Positions 35,547 to 50,646 are shown, numbered from the stretch's first letter. The stretch: DNA of 64,000 nt from Fistulifera solaris (GCA_030295235.1 AP026123.1:1302001-1366000), one strand, 5' to 3'. Numbers and translations: made by a program. The notes: generated by a model not told the origin, from the letters alone.

Positions 35547-38500
35547 ATGAAAACAGAAACGACGACAAGCGCCACGTCGTCGGCGACCTCTTCTTCCGGA
35601 CGTGACCGCGCGATAGAAATTCTGTTGGATCAAGACCCCATGGGTAGTTACTACCGTGCCGTTACTGCTATGGTAAGTTCCTTACAGCTATTTCTTATTA
35701 TATGTGATCTCGTCTAAATTTTGAATTCTGGAAATATAGGAGGAGACGATTCCGAACGCTCGTGCGTGTCGACCGAACCTGATTACCAAGGCGGCCCTCG
35801 TGGACGAAGCGTTCTCGTTGTCCAAATATGCGATTGACACGTTGCAAAAGTACGATGAGGCTTACCCTGCTCCAGAACTGACCCCGCTGAATTCCGTCGA
35901 TGCACTGTCTCGCGAACGAATTCTCAGTCACTTCCATAGAACCGTTCCCACGCTTCCCGAGATGGGTGACACGGAGAAGAGTTCCTCGACCTTGTCGCCT
36001 TCCACGGCGGCGCTTGTGGCGGCGCTGCGAAAAAATATATGATGAGCCAAAAGAAGAGGTCAAAAGTGGCGTAACGGAAGAACGAACGTTTGAATTGCGC
36101 CGATTGTTGAAAGATGTCACAAGTCACCCTATCATGACGGCGTCCAGTGCCTCCACTCACAAGCAACAGATGGAACATATGATTGCGCATCTTTGTAAGA
36201 AAAGCCCTTATTACTCCTACGACGACAAAGAACCCGTAGACGACGAATATTTGCAATCTTTGCTGTTAGCGATTCTTTCGCTGTTAATTTCACCGCAAGA
36301 AGAACAAGCCAGAGCAAAAACGCGAACGCCAACGGAACAGAAAACCATGCTACAGGTGGCTTCTTTACTCGCTCTTTTACCTGTACCAAAAGAGGAGGAC
36401 GAAGGCGGCATAGAACCGGAAGTTCTCGAGTATTTTGGCAAGGCTGCCGCTGTGACAGTAGAGCGGCTTGAAATCAAGAAAGCCCGTATTTTGCAACGCT
36501 TGCAGAGTAGTCAATCTGACTCCGTAGATGAGTTAGAGGAGGATGAACAGGAAGTGGTGGCCGACACCGAAGCCGACATGGAGGAAAACGATAATTCACG
36601 AAGTAGTGGCTCAAATGAGGCGCTGCAGGAAGCTTTCGAGCAGTTTGTGTCTACCATAGCGCACGATACCACCGGTTCCATTGATTACCCTCTGGAAAGC
36701 TTAGAACATCTAGTAGCTTCTGTCGCGCGATCGGAGGAAGCTGAAATTTCTTCAGGGAATCAAGGGACTGGCCGTCTTTTTGGTGAAAATCCTGTGGATT
36801 ATCCTGGCTTACATGAGCGGACAGAACCATCTTCCTCGTCTTCTTCAGACTCGTCGGATTCTGATGAGGATTCTTCCGAAGTCTTTACAGACGGCGACGA
36901 TGATTTGGAAAATGACATTGCTGCTGCGGGAGCCAATGAACATGACGAACAAGCTGCATCTTTGATTATAAGCCATGGATTCGAAATCAATGCGAACACG
37001 TCGCGTAGCACATTGATTGACATGGAATCTCCAGAAATCGTTTTGGATGTGCAGGAAACCGATGGAACCGTATTGGATGTATCCGTAATAGAGTCAGATG
37101 TTGGTGAAGAGCGGCAAGTTTTTTCACATAATTCGTCGACTATGAAAAACGCATCTGAAGAAGATGAGACAGATCTCCCACCGTTGCCAACGCTTCCTTC
37201 TCAAATGCCTTTGTGGCTTTCCGACGGCTTTGATTCAAGAAACGCATTTGACCCCTCTGCATCTACGTTTGGGACGATTCCCGACACTCATGTCCTTAAT
37301 CACGTACTTCGGCATGCAACACTTTTGATGACACGCCGACGCGCCGAACCGCGAGAAGAAAAGGATTTGTGGTGTAGTTTGACAGTTCCAGAAGGTGTTG
37401 GGTCACAATTGTTCCCTCCATCTCTGTCGACTAAACGAAGCTTTTCAAAGGGTAAGGACGATTTCATGCTTCATCTCCTTGTCACGTCAGTTTTGTACGT
37501 TGACAAGAAACGCAGTGAATCCATAAAAAACCTTCAGAAATCGATCGAGAGAGAGAACAGTTTAGTGGAAGCTTCTACCATGACGTCGGATTTAAATAGC
37601 AGTTTAGATGAAGATGCTGCCCCGCTTTCCTCGGGGGAAGAAGATGATCCCGCAGTGGCTCTGGCTATGAATTATGTCGAAGATGATGTCCCACTTTCGT
37701 CTGAATCTCTGGAAAATAAGGGCTTGCGACGAAAAGCTGCTGCCGCTGCGTATGATTCGGCCGCGCTTTTGATTTCACGGAAAAAAGAGACAAGCGAATG
37801 GAAAGAGCATGCTTATCTGTATTCTCGGTGCCTCGTTTATTCGCTTCGTCTTCTTCGTCTTTTCCTTCAATCAGCACTTCGAACGTATTCAGGTGAAGAT
37901 GACGACGATTCTGACGTACAAGCTAGAAACTTGATCAGTGTCGACTTCAAGTCACGATTTCCGAAAGCCCTTGCTTCGAAACTTTGTGCGACCCTTACGG
38001 GTCTTATGTCGTGTCAAAGTCACGTTGCTTTTCGTTCGGCACTTGGAAAAGATGCTGATGCCACTCTTTTTCCTCTGTATATTGAGGCAGTTAGCACATG
38101 GGGTGATTGTGTCCACCTTCTTTATCCGTCTTTTTCTGCTGTTCATGATATATTGAAAAATCTGATTCACTCTGTTCGAAAAGACAGTTCATCTGAAAGT
38201 TTAGGCAGCTTGTGTTTAAATCCGGTGAGTTTTGGTTCTATTCAAGAGGTTCCATCTCAGAAAGTTGAAGTGGATGTTCATCGTCTTGAAGTTCTGTCAC
38301 GGAGGTTGAGAGTTCAGGACATGTTGGATCTGCTTGTACTTCGACCAGTTACTTTTGTCAACCAGGCGGAAGACTCAATGATTGAGCGGCTCTCATGTAA
38401 AGTATCTTTCGAAGCACCTCTTGCCAGTTCTATCGTAGCTTTGTTGAGGTCATCTTTGGAAAACTTACTGGGAGCCGCAAGCGACGTCCAAGAGCTCTAT

Positions 38501-41500
38501 CTTGCTTTGTGCCATCGTTTTCACGCCGGAATTCTGCTCATGGACGGCCTCCATACTGCAACCAAGTTAGACGTCGACGATGTAACCACCCAATTGAATA
38601 AATACAAAGCCTCTTTCAACGGCGATCACTTACGTGTCAGCAGCAATCCTTCATCGCTTCTCGAATTTGACGCCACCAAATGCGCTGATTCCATTGCAAT
38701 CATTTCTAATTCCGTGTCCGGAGGTAACAGGTCATCTGTACATCAACGAGCATCGAAAGTATGGGGAACAGTGATTTCGACTCGTCACTTTGGTCCAAAG
38801 ACTGGAATTCATCGCTGGGCGGTTCGACTCGACAAATGTGAACGCGGTCATGTTTTTCTTGGCGTCGCGACGTCACAGTGTAGTACGAAAACATACGTTG
38901 GTGGCGACAAACACGGTTGGGGCATGATCGGGACTCAGGCTCTTTGGCATGATCGAAGAAAAGTAAGTAAGGCCTGTGACTTAGTTTAGTAGTAAACCAC
39001 TCTATTTTCAACTCACCTGATTGTGATCAGATACGCGGTGACTACGGTTCGACGCTGCGATCAGGGGCTACCATCATCCTCACTCTCGATACAGACGCCG
39101 GGACACTTAGCTTCGGCTTATGGAAAGACGGTAACTCTGTTTCTTCCCACCAAGGAGACTCATCCCAAACTGTTTTGTCTGGGAAAAGTGAATTGAATTT
39201 TGCCGGATACTTGGAGGATTGGGGAATTGCCTTTGAGGGATTGCCCCTCGATTCTCGGCTTTTCCCTGCCATCGGCTTGTATCAGCGTGATGATCGGGTG
39301 TCACTTCTTAGTGTTATGGAATCCTCAGATAGCTCATCTGGATTTGGCAATCATTCTCAGAACACAGTTGGCGAGCAATTGTACCCGATTGCGGTTTTGT
39401 CTTCAGCAGACAGTGATCTAGCAAGCCGAGTGAGGAAATTTAATGAACAATTATGCTTTGATGGAGTCCGATATGCAACCGAAACACTGCACTTTATTTC
39501 GGAAAGATTGAACAGGCGGCATAATCATATCCTTTTTGCTAGGGTTCTTTCTAGCCTTGCTTCTTCGCTTTGTCTTATTCCCTCTTCAATTCCTATCCTT
39601 TCCGCGAGATCGGCAATCTTACTCATTCCTCATATCCGGCGATGTCTGGACATGTGCTCGTTGACGTATCCAGAAAGCTATGGTGACGTTAAGGAAATCT
39701 TCAATCCTGTTTCCGAGGGAAAATGGTTGATAAGGACCACCGGTAGTGTTCCGGGAAAACATGATATCGTCGAAGAATACTGTGTTAATATTGGCTATAA
39801 ATCTGGTGAGACGGTCGAATTTGCCGGAATTGGACGAGGTACTGCTGGAGAGAGGAAGAACGGAAAAATTGTCATAACTGGAACTATAAACGGATCCGCT
39901 CTTTGTTTTGTCGAAGAGTGGTTCAGTGATGCCGAAGATATCTCCGTCGAGACCACATCATCGTCCATCGTGAACGCAAGGATGGGCCTGAGTGGTGACA
40001 AGTTTGAGGGTGCTTATAATGATGTTAAAAGTGCGAAGCATGGTCGTATCGCTGGAATGCTGGTCGAGCCTAAAACTCATACCGACGGTGGAAAACTTAG
40101 AAGACGCTTTTACGCAAGCCACGTCATGCTTGCAATGGCACATTGTCACTTGTCAGGGTTTCTTTGTGAGTCTTTCGATCTACAACGTGTCGAGATGTGG
40201 CGTCCCCAGTTATGCCACGAGTTTTCGGATAGTCGAATTGCTTCTCTGAGTCGAATAATTGATTTGCCACTTTTTTCGTCCTCTTCGCTTGAAAGCGGCC
40301 CGTCTTCTTTTGGCAAGGTTGTTGAATTTCTTCGATTCGCCTTTCTAAGGGATCAGCCGGATAATCATCTTTGTGGCATAAAAACAGGAAGCTTAGTCGA
40401 TCCACTACTTGCAATGTTTTACACAGCTGAAGGTCAAAAGCCTGCGTCAACCGTAGACATTGATAACATCATTGCTGAATTAGACACGCAACTTGTCCGT
40501 CTTTGTGGGGGTCAGGGGTCTCTGCGATTGCTTTGTCCTGAAGTTTATACGCAGGTCAGAAGAAGGCTTTTGCGTGTTTTTCTTCATCACAGCGGTCGAC
40601 TCGTTGAACATCACATCTCATATGGTGAACACGATCTGGAAGGGGGGCCTCAGTTGCAGCCTATTTGGCAAGCAGCTTTAAAGATTATCGAGGATGGGTT
40701 GCGAAAGGCTCTTTCGCAAAGTGACGGCCACATTTCTCGCCAAACGGTCGCAAGAACAACCTGTGAGCGGTATTTGAAAATAATAGATTTCCTCCTTCTT
40801 CTTGATGCGCACAAGCCGCAAACAGTTGAGGCTATTTCTTTATCAGTTTCTGCTGTTTTTGAGGTGATATTGACTGATGATGATCTTGACTTCGTAATGG
40901 AGGGTATGAATCTGGCAACTGGGCGATCAATTCTGAGGCTGCTTGCCCTTCAAGATTTTTCTGATCTGCTTGATAAATCGCAAAGAGACAAAAGTAATTT
41001 GCGAGAAGTATTACTTCTTGCAGTCCCCCGTCTTTTGGGACGAGGTCGATCTAATGCTTTCGACTTGTTAAGTCTTGCAAAGGAACCTCTCGAATGTGCC
41101 TCAAAATTAGATGGATTCTTTTTATCGGGACTTTCTGGTGCGAATTTACAAGGAAAGACACGATTAAAGGCAGTTGCATTGGGCATGTTCAAGGAACTCG
41201 GTACGATTATGGAAGAACTTGTAGATGGGCTTGAATCGGGAGTGGCGGCAGCGTCTGATAGAGATGTAGCCTCTACTATGCTATCCATTCTTCCTGTCTT
41301 TGGTTGTCAATTTGAGGTCGATGGAATGGATGATTTCTTGAATGCAAGCAACATCATCCAACTGCTTCCAAGAGTTCTGCGCGCGTATCGAAAAAGCCTT
41401 CTCGCTTTCGTAGCAGACCAATCGGGTTCGCAAGGGCTTGTTGAACTTTGCAAAAGAGACTTGTGTAACGCAGTGCTGCGCTGTTCAAGTGCAGTTAGTT

Positions 41501-44500
41501 ATATTCTCATTTTCCAGGCAGCTAATTTCGCCAATCGAACGAACGATATGAAGGTTACATCAGAAATCATCTCGTTGCTTCTCAACGAGCTGGCAGTAAT
41601 TCTCCCTATCGTGGAAGCCGATTGGCAAGTTTTCCTAAGCGTTGCAGCAGTCCACCAAGTCGATGAAGACTTAGAGCGCTGGATTAAATTAATGGTGGAG
41701 AATTCAGGAGTTCCTTCGGCAATCTCAGACAACAAGGTAGAACAATCGCTTTCATGCATAGAAGTCGTTCGTCGGTTTGGAAGTCAGTCAGTCACCGGAG
41801 CTAGGATGACGGAGTCAAGGGTTTGCCCAGGCAAATGCTTTGTTGCTTTGTCATTTCACGAGATCTTGTCGCAGTGGTTAAATGCGCAAAGTGCAGTTTT
41901 TCTTTCCCCTTTGATTTTGAACGAAATTGCGAACTCTACGAAGTGGGTTTCAATTCTTTTGAAAGCAGCTGGAATCGTTGTCCAGGATGCTCATTTATCA
42001 CCTGAGAGTATATCCGGTTATATTGTAAGGCCACAAGCAGAGGGCGTTCTACCATCGCGGTTTAGATCCAGGATTCTACGCATGTTGTTTCACCTGTTGA
42101 CCTTAATGGAAGGCGACGTGATGGTCGTAGAGGGACTTTTTGAGCTTGCCGGTGTGACATCGCAAATCCTTTCGCACAGCCCAGAAGGAAACGATGGTAG
42201 TGTCTCGGCTGAGACTGTGTCATTATTACGACGGCTGTACGCGTATGATCATGCTAGCTGGAGAAAATGTATCAATGTCGTCGTATCAACCATCACGAAT
42301 CCATCATGCTATGGAGCGAGCAATTTTCGAAAGAAAGTTGGTGTGCTGTCATTTTTGGCCGGTGCTATGAGAGGTATACACATTGGCTCATACGTCGTTT
42401 TAAAATCACCAAATGCTACTGCTCTTTCAGCCGAGCACCACGGGATTGCTAGTAACAAGTCCCAGCCATCTTCTAGCCCACCATCATCTAGTGGAATATC
42501 TGGATCACCGCACCATTTAGTTGGCAACGGCACCGAGAACATCGTTGCTGGCCTTTGTTCAGATGTGGCTGCTGCGGGAATCGTTAGTAGCATCGACATG
42601 AAAAGCGGAATGTGCGAAGTTATCTTGTTCCCCCGAAATACTGACGCTGGTTTTGAAAACCGATGTTTTCTGCGAAAAATGAAGGATCGTCGTTCTCTAC
42701 CAATTCGAGCATTGCGTACGTTGCTGTGCGATGTGTTTATTGCGCAAGAAGTACCTCTTTTTCTGGACGCGTCATATCCGGCTGGACAGATACTAGGCGA
42801 CTTGTTAAAGGCCTCCTTGTCAACCTTACTCTCTGCTATTTCGATGAAAAAGCCACAAGATCTTTCCGGAAATCAAGAGGTTCAACAGGATCTCACGAAT
42901 GAAAAGCTCATAAATCCAACGGACCCTGATGGCTCGCTCCATCGAGAGGCAAGTGATTCAAGAAACAAGAAAAGTACAGGGGTGAAGTCTGCAATTGTAG
43001 GGTTGTCCTGTGACGTACTTCTCGTTCGCGCTTGCATAACTGTCTTTTCTCAGGAGGACTTACTAAAGTCGTTTATGATTGAAGATTCCAACAAACATAG
43101 TCTAAGCCGGATCCTTGATTTAGCTTGGCCATTGGTTCCGGAAACAGCGAGCAATGTTGACTTGATTTCGGAGGTGCGATCAAAATCGCTTTCTTTTCTT
43201 TCCCTTCACGAAACAAGACTTGGATATCTAGCGGACTTGCTCCACGAAATTTCTTTTCGGTCTCAAATTGTTCACCGCTTACCCGAGGAGAATTTAAGGA
43301 AGATACTTGATCGGTATCAGTCTCGCAAGGCTGAGTCGGTATCTCCGAGATCAAAACCATCAAAAGGTCCATCTCAAGATGATACCGAGAATCTTTCAGA
43401 AGTAATTCGTCGGGGTGCTGAAGAACATGGACGGGAGGCAGCACGTCATTCAAGTCAGTTACAAAGTTTAAGGTCAAGGGGTAATATAAGTGACGACGAA
43501 GACGACAGTGACGCCGGTAACACCGCTGTTGAGCATCTCAGGGAAGCTGCTATAGCACAGATGGCGGAGTTAGGTTTGCCTAGATCCTGGTCTGAGTTCG
43601 CGCTGCGTCGTGTCGGAGGGGTTGACATCGAAGCAGCGGTAACGTTCTGTCTAGAGTATGGTGGAGAAATGGAGAGGCTTCTGGCGGAAGAGACGGAAAG
43701 GGCGTCCCATCGTGATTCCTCTGAAAATTCAGGGATTCGAAGAGAGGGAAGAGATATTAGTTCCGCTAATCATTCTATTAGGCAGCTAATGGAAATGGGA
43801 TTTCCAAGAAGATGGTGTATCGAGGCTCTTGCGGTAACAGGGAACAACCTTGATGAAGCGTTAACATGGATTCTCAACAACGGTGAGCGACTCAGTGAAG
43901 AAGACGATGCAATGGGAGCTGCCGAAGATTGCGGTGACGAAGATGACGAGGAGGACGAAGACGACGAAGAGGAAGGGCAAGTAGACGACTCGCAAGTTTT
44001 GCAGAGTCAAGGGTCTTCTTTTGAACAAAGAATAGGGTGGAATGGCTCTGTGACGCCGCTTCGTTTCATTTCAGGACGGTCTATAATAGACCCGGTTACT
44101 TTAGAGATTTCCGGTTTACCCAATGGCGGTTTTTCCTCCGTCGGAACGAAAGGAATCCTTCTTTCAAGCGGTAAATGGTATTACGAGGCAACCCTTTTGA
44201 CCGCTGGCTGCCTTCAAATTGGCTGGGCAGACGGAAGTTTTGCAGGCCACTGCCATGCTGAAAGGGGTGATGGTTGCGGCGATGGACCTAGTTCTTGGGC
44301 ATATGATGGTTGGCGGAGGTATCGCTGGCATTCCACAGCCGTTGAATGGGGTTGTCGATGGAAGGAAGGAGATGTTGTCGGATGCATGGTAGACATGGAC
44401 GCAAAAGAAATCTCTTTTACATTGAATGGTGAGGGAAGCAGTGTCGGTATGGGATTGGCGTTTTCAGGAGACGGTTTCAGACCTTGCGGAGGAGTATACG

Positions 44501-47500
44501 CATGCGTTTCATTCAATCGTAAGGAGAAACTTCGACTTGTGTTGGGAGGGAGAGGTTGTGCACCATTCAAGTATCCGCCCCACAGGGGTATCGTGGAGTT
44601 GGCGAGGCCGTTTTTGATGCCGTGCGCGAGCTCGATTCAATTTTGGAGAAGGAACGGATCTTAGGATACCCCATGAACAACACGCAGAAGGCCTTCCTTT
44701 GCGATTTTTCAGATAGTGAACATGGTCATGAACTCATGGCTTGGGGCCACCGATACTATGGTGCAGATGCATCGGTCCATTTAGGCGCCGGAAGCTCGAA
44801 GCAATCATCAATTAAAATGAACTCGCAGTCACATCGAGTCAGTTCGACGAATGCCAGCGTCTCTCGCCGTGTTGAAAGCGCTTGGACCAACAAACTCACA
44901 TCGCACAGCGAAACGTTCTGTACAGCGAGTCTTAGGGCCACAATTTTGCAGGGATATCAAGATGCCGAAGAAACGGTTGCGTTTGAACTGTTTAATGAAT
45001 GTGTAACAGTTGCTATCTTACTCTCGCGTAAACTGACGCTTCATTTGGCGGCTGGAATGGGAACGAATTTTGATCCAGCATGCTTTGTGGACGATGATGA
45101 TCGATCCGTAGAGATATTTGGTCAGCTTTGGAGTGTGTTAGAAGCATGTGCTAGTCTCAGAAGTTCTGGATGGGCAGGAGAGGCTGGAGCAATGGCCATG
45201 GCTGCAGAAGCTCTTGGACTTGGTATTTCAAGCAACGAGGTGGTGCATCATCGATCACTTGGCGATCGAGCGGGGCTTGTTCCATGTTCTGATTTGGATG
45301 CTGATCTCGTCTTACCAGTATCGGGTATTCCGCTTCTTCTTGCCAGCACGAGCCACAGATTGTTGCAGAACGAAGACAAATTGTTTGATTTTTTGGCGAG
45401 AGCTGAGCTCCCCCCTCTGTAGTGCCGGGGGTGGTGGAGTGACTTCATTTTTGCTAGAGAGCTTGCAAAGCGCCGTTTGTCGGTCGTCGGGCTTTCGAAA
45501 AATTTTGATTGCATCTGTTAGAAGAGCACTACGTCTTCTTTCTGTTGTAGAATACGATGGCGACGACTGTTTCCAAAACGATGAAAAGCTAGAGGTGAGT
45601 GGCTGACGCCCAAAGTAAAATTTAAGGTCACGAACTCACTCATTGTTCTTTGGTAATCAAGGACGAACATGATGACAGCAAGCGAGATTACAAGAAGCCC
45701 AACGATCATGAACAACCCGATCCTCGCCTTGTAGCCTTTATCAGTGGGCTGTTAATCAGTAAGGTGGCCGAGTCGAACATACCTGCCGAATTTTCTCAAA
45801 TTCAAATTCAGATCGCCGAAGCTTGGAGCATTGGTCTCCTTTCGGCGTCCCTGCCTTGGAGGATGATTTGTGCATTCACCGTTGCTGGAATTATTAACTC
45901 AAATCCTTTTGTATTGAATGAAATTGTTGAAAATTCCACTACGCTCGCACGTTATTTCGGACGACTTCCAAGTACGGTACTCAGGCGTGCATGGGCAGAG
46001 CGAGCTGCGATCCCTGTTTGTTCAAGATACGCCCAGTCTTTGATTGAGTTACTTTCTGCTGTAAGACGCGCCGTCAAGGCAAATACACATCTCCAGGGCG
46101 AATTTACCAAGCACTGGGGAACGTATGAGGTAGACGCTGCAACGCCTATCCCCTTAGACAATGCCGTTGAATCGCATGATGTAACTGATCAGCTCTGGCT
46201 GTCTAGGGAAGGCTGGGTAAATAGCGATTCCAGCTGGGTGACATGGCTAGGTCAAATTTCTTATGAGGAAGTGAAGTGGAAAGCACCCACAAGATCTAGT
46301 GTTCCTACGCTTATGGACTCTGGCGACGGACCTCCTTTCTTGTGTGTAGGTTGCACAGTCCTCCGTGGTCCTGACTGGGAGAAAGACGGTTCTGGTGCAC
46401 GTGAAAAGAATGAAGATGGGAAAGATAAGTATGACAAAGAGAGGATGCGTGCTGATGCCGATGACCCTCTCGTTGCAGACGTGAAGAACGTCAGCACAGA
46501 GATTGATGACGCTGGTGATGGTCAAGGGGATAAATCTCTTGCTGATTGTGACGATGAACCCCAGACGAATGATCAACCAACAACACAAAGTTTAAACGAC
46601 GCAAGGCGAACGAGTCCTAGGCTCCCAGTGGGAACAGTTTTATCAATTGAACCATGGAATGGCATACCAGCCATGGGGAGACGAGTACGATGGCATCTGA
46701 CTAATACCGAAGGTATTTACAGATTTGGGGGCGATGGAGGTCGCTTTGATATCTGCCATGTGGAAGTCAATAAAAAAACAACTCGGGTGAAAAAGCGACA
46801 TCCACTTCCCGAAACATCAGAGCAGCGTGCACTGCGACGTGGTTTTGGTCAAAAAAAAGACATTTGGTATTATTTTGCGCTTGGAGAGGTCTCCCTTTCA
46901 GACTTCGTGTTGTAACGTGCGTGGGGTGCTAGAGATCCCCGCATTTGGCGCTGGAATCCTTGTGAATTGTTCAGGGAATGATGACGGTTCTATGTTATTG
47001 AGAGAAGAAAAGACTGCTTTACGGTTCGAAGGACTCTGGATGGGAGATACGATTCGGTCAACCTTCTTATGTACCAGGAAGTCAATACAAGCTGGGTGTA
47101 CCCACGTCGTTAACACCCGGACCAGATGATGCTTCTATGTTTATGTACGAAGACGTTCGCGGTGGCAACTCTTTCGACGTCCTCGCTTTGCGTAATCCTG
47201 AGGATGGGAGTAGTTTGACCATTAAGAGCGAAATAAGTTTGAGAAAGCCTTTGACAGCTCTACATCACGGCAAAAGGAGATGAGCGCCGGTACGACCCCC
47301 TTCTGTTTTGACCCACTATGTCATGCTGGATCTCTCGCTCTATCGCGTGATTGCAGAACTGTCACGTGCGTGGGATCAGAAGGCCGTGGTACAGCATTCG
47401 CTGATGTTGGTTTCACAAAAGGCGTACATTATTGGGAAGTCAAACTCGAGCAAGCTGATGTAGGAAGCATCTTCATTGGAGTCGCAGAAAAGAGCAACGG

Positions 47501-50500
47501 ATCGAGTGCAGCCTCAGTCTGCGACCCTTCTCCAAAGCTCAATCGGTGGCTCGGTTGGGGATTTGTCAATTTTAGGGCCACTTATGCTTCTGGAGCCGAG
47601 CGAGTCTACGGTGCTCATTGTCACTCGGGTGATACGGTCGGAGTTCTTCTTGATTGCGACGCGGGTAGGCTTTCCTTTTTCTTTGATGGATTAAAATACG
47701 GCGAGCATATATTGAATGATCTAGGATGCGCTTTTGAAAACCTTTCGCCATTCGGTTTCAACGTGGATGGATGTGGCTCTGGTGGAGCTGGACAGGGTGC
47801 GCCTAATGGATTTGATGGAGGTCGGGCAGGACGTTATCCTTCTCAGGGCAATGTTCGACCCAGATCTTTGTTTCCTGTCATTGGACTTCGAAACCAAGGA
47901 GACAGAGTCACGTTTTCATCGAAATGGAGCACTAGTCTGGGTTTCGACGGTGCAAAGCTTGTGAACAATATTCTCGCAGTTGAGGAAGTAGTTTCTTCGT
48001 GTTGTCAATCGGTTTCTCCTATTATTCCAGAGTGGCTGATCAATGAAGCTTTCTTAGAGTACCAAAAGTGGAACGAGTCCGCATGTGTCCATTTTAGTAC
48101 AAGGGGCAGTGGCGCGTATCGGATGGCAACTACCAGCCTTGACGTAATGCTTGACACTTCACCAATAACTTGCGCGGAAGCTTCAGCATCTTTAGGTCTT
48201 GATACTGCACTTCTCCCCGGTGACCGTGTTCGACTTACCCGTAGTGCAGGAAGAATACTCGAATTATTGGAAGAGGCGATCATTTTAGGATCTCAGAACG
48301 GAAGGTTATATTATCGTATCGTCTCACAGAAAAGCGAAGGAGGCAGTTTGACGGAAGGAGGTGGAAGAGCTTGGTACTTTGACGAGAGTGAGGTTGTTGA
48401 CGGATTACCACATGTAATCCCAGCCAAAGGTCTTGGTGTGGCTTTGCCAAAACTCGACAGATTCAAATGTCCTTCGTCAGTTGGACTTCAAGTTGTACAC
48501 GAGTCGGGGGCCGTTCTACGATCAGACTTGGAGATCAATGATGGATCAATGATACTTGGAACAATTCCCGTTGGAACACTACTTTCACAAGATCTGGTAA
48601 CAGAAAGACGTGTGAATTCTTGTGGAGTGGTTCGCTACCGTATTCAGCATGAAGAGCTGGGGGAGGGTTGGATTAGCGCGAGAATCCGTGGAGGAAAGGA
48701 AGAGGTAATAGTTGTACCCATTAATGGTGAAAGTGCAACGAAGAGTTACTTGACGCCTTCTGAATGCGCGAGAGATTGGTATGATGCTTGGATCAGCGAA
48801 GGGGGTAGCCATTGTAGCAGCTCACAATTTCTAATCGAGGATATTCATGATTTCAGGACTGAGCTTGCTTGCGGGGTTTTCCCCAGAATGACGACACTTG
48901 ACAGTGACAGTCTTATTGTCTCCGCTATTAACGCAGTGAGCAATGTCTCGGAAAGTGGGGACTCTCTGGACTTAAGTTTTCATGATCTGGCTTCCGCTCT
49001 TGCTTTTGCTTTACCACACTTGCCACACGGGTCGTCGAACAACTCACTTTCAGGTAATTCGGGTCTCCACGCTGCTGCTACAGTTTTAGCCAGTGTCCGA
49101 GATAGCCCCAAAAGTTTGAAGGCCATTATGGTTCGCGCAGCGCTCCTTCGAGCACTGAATCGCCGCGTCAGACTTGCTCTTCCTTGGCTATCGATTCGCC
49201 CCTGCCAAGAAGGCTCTTCGATTCTTGGGGGACTTAGTGGTCATGGCGCCTCCATCGAAAGATCTGGACGTAGTAGACTGCAAGCAACTGATTGGACTCA
49301 GCTACCAGGTACTGCCACAACCCTTCGTCAATGTAAGGGCATAATCTTTTCGAGTGTCAAGCGCGAATTCATTCAAAGTGTAACGGAAGTTACAACCACC
49401 CCGACGCCGTTGAGTCATGATGAATACGAACTACCCCGCGAAATAAGAACTGTGCGCATAAATCGATTGAGAGCTGGAAGAACAATGATGGGACAAGACA
49501 TTGCAGCTAAGAGAAAGCACAGTGTTTTTGCACAACTTCGTGCTGAAACTAGGAACTGGGGTGGAGCAGCTCTTCGCCGTGGTTATGTCGCGAAAGGACA
49601 CGGTGGACAGAAAAGGGCTTTCAAGGTGAAACTAATCGGTGAAGGCGTGAACGACTACTCAGGGCCTTATAGGGAAATTTTTACCGATGCGGTAAGAGAG
49701 ACCTCACAAGTAGACGATAATGGATTTGGGTCATTGGGCGTGCTCGACGCTACGCCAAACAACGTGTCAGATGTCGGTGAAAATCGTGGTCTGTACATGT
49801 TCTCGTTGAACGGGAGAATCATCAACTCCGAAATGCTCCGAAAACCTTCGGACAGACTAGAAGCTATTCAGCGAAGTTTTGGTATTCTTACTTTGCCTAG
49901 AGATGAAATATCTCGCGAAGTCGAAGACTCGCTTGTTTTTCTTGGCCGTCTGGTTGGCACGGCCTTTCGACATGGTATATCAGTCGATCTCCCTCTCCCG
50001 CTTTATTCTGTTTGGAAGGCTCTAACAGAAGAAGAATGTGATATGACAGTACAAATGAATGAGCTGGACTTATTTGCCTCTCGGCAATTGAATACGGATG
50101 GAGAACATCCTGGGTCTCCCGACCTTATACTTTGGCAAAGACGACTGCTAAATCCTTTCACGGAAGGTCTGAGTAGTGTACTTCCAGTTGAGCTCTTCCC
50201 CCCTTCTAAGGGGGGAAGAGCTTCGAGAGTCGATATGCGGAAATCCTGATGTCGACGTTGATCTGCTGAAGAAAGTGGTCGAAATCGAAGGTTTTGAAAA
50301 GGATGCCGAGGTAATCGACTTTTTCTGGGAAACGTTGCGTGAAATGACAAACAACGAGCGCATGCAGTTCCTTCAATTTGTGTGGGCTCGAAACCGACTG
50401 CCACTTCGGGAATCGGATTTCGAAGCGCCGTTCAAGATATTGAAAGACACCATCAATCAAGGGGAAAAGGCTGATTTGGCGCTTCCTAGTGCTTCCACTT

Positions 50501-50646
50501 GCTTTTTCTCCTTGACATTACCCGAATACAGCAGCAAGGAAACCTTGCGGTCAAAGCTACTTTTCGCTATAACAAACGTGACCACAATGGAAACTGACTT
50601 TCAAACGAACAGCGCTGAGATTTCTGAAGGCTATCGAGCGTTCTAG
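35547..50646 (+). CDS. Giant HECT E3 ubiquitin ligase (3 SPRY/B30.2, 2 UBA, MIB/HERC2-like, SH3-like, HECT); 3 introns, several frameshifts
   Basis: Introns 35673-35739, 38963-39030 and 45595-45661. SPRY motifs GIHRWAVRL, GKWYYEATL and GVHYWEVKL; UBA motifs MAELGLP and LMEMGFP; VLRGPDW..VRW..YRFG; HECT FKVKLIGEGVNDYSGPYREIF with catalytic LPSASTCFFSLTLP. Frameshifts near 36030, 44578, 45380-45420, 46851, 47010-47270 and 50200. Confidence 0.9.
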
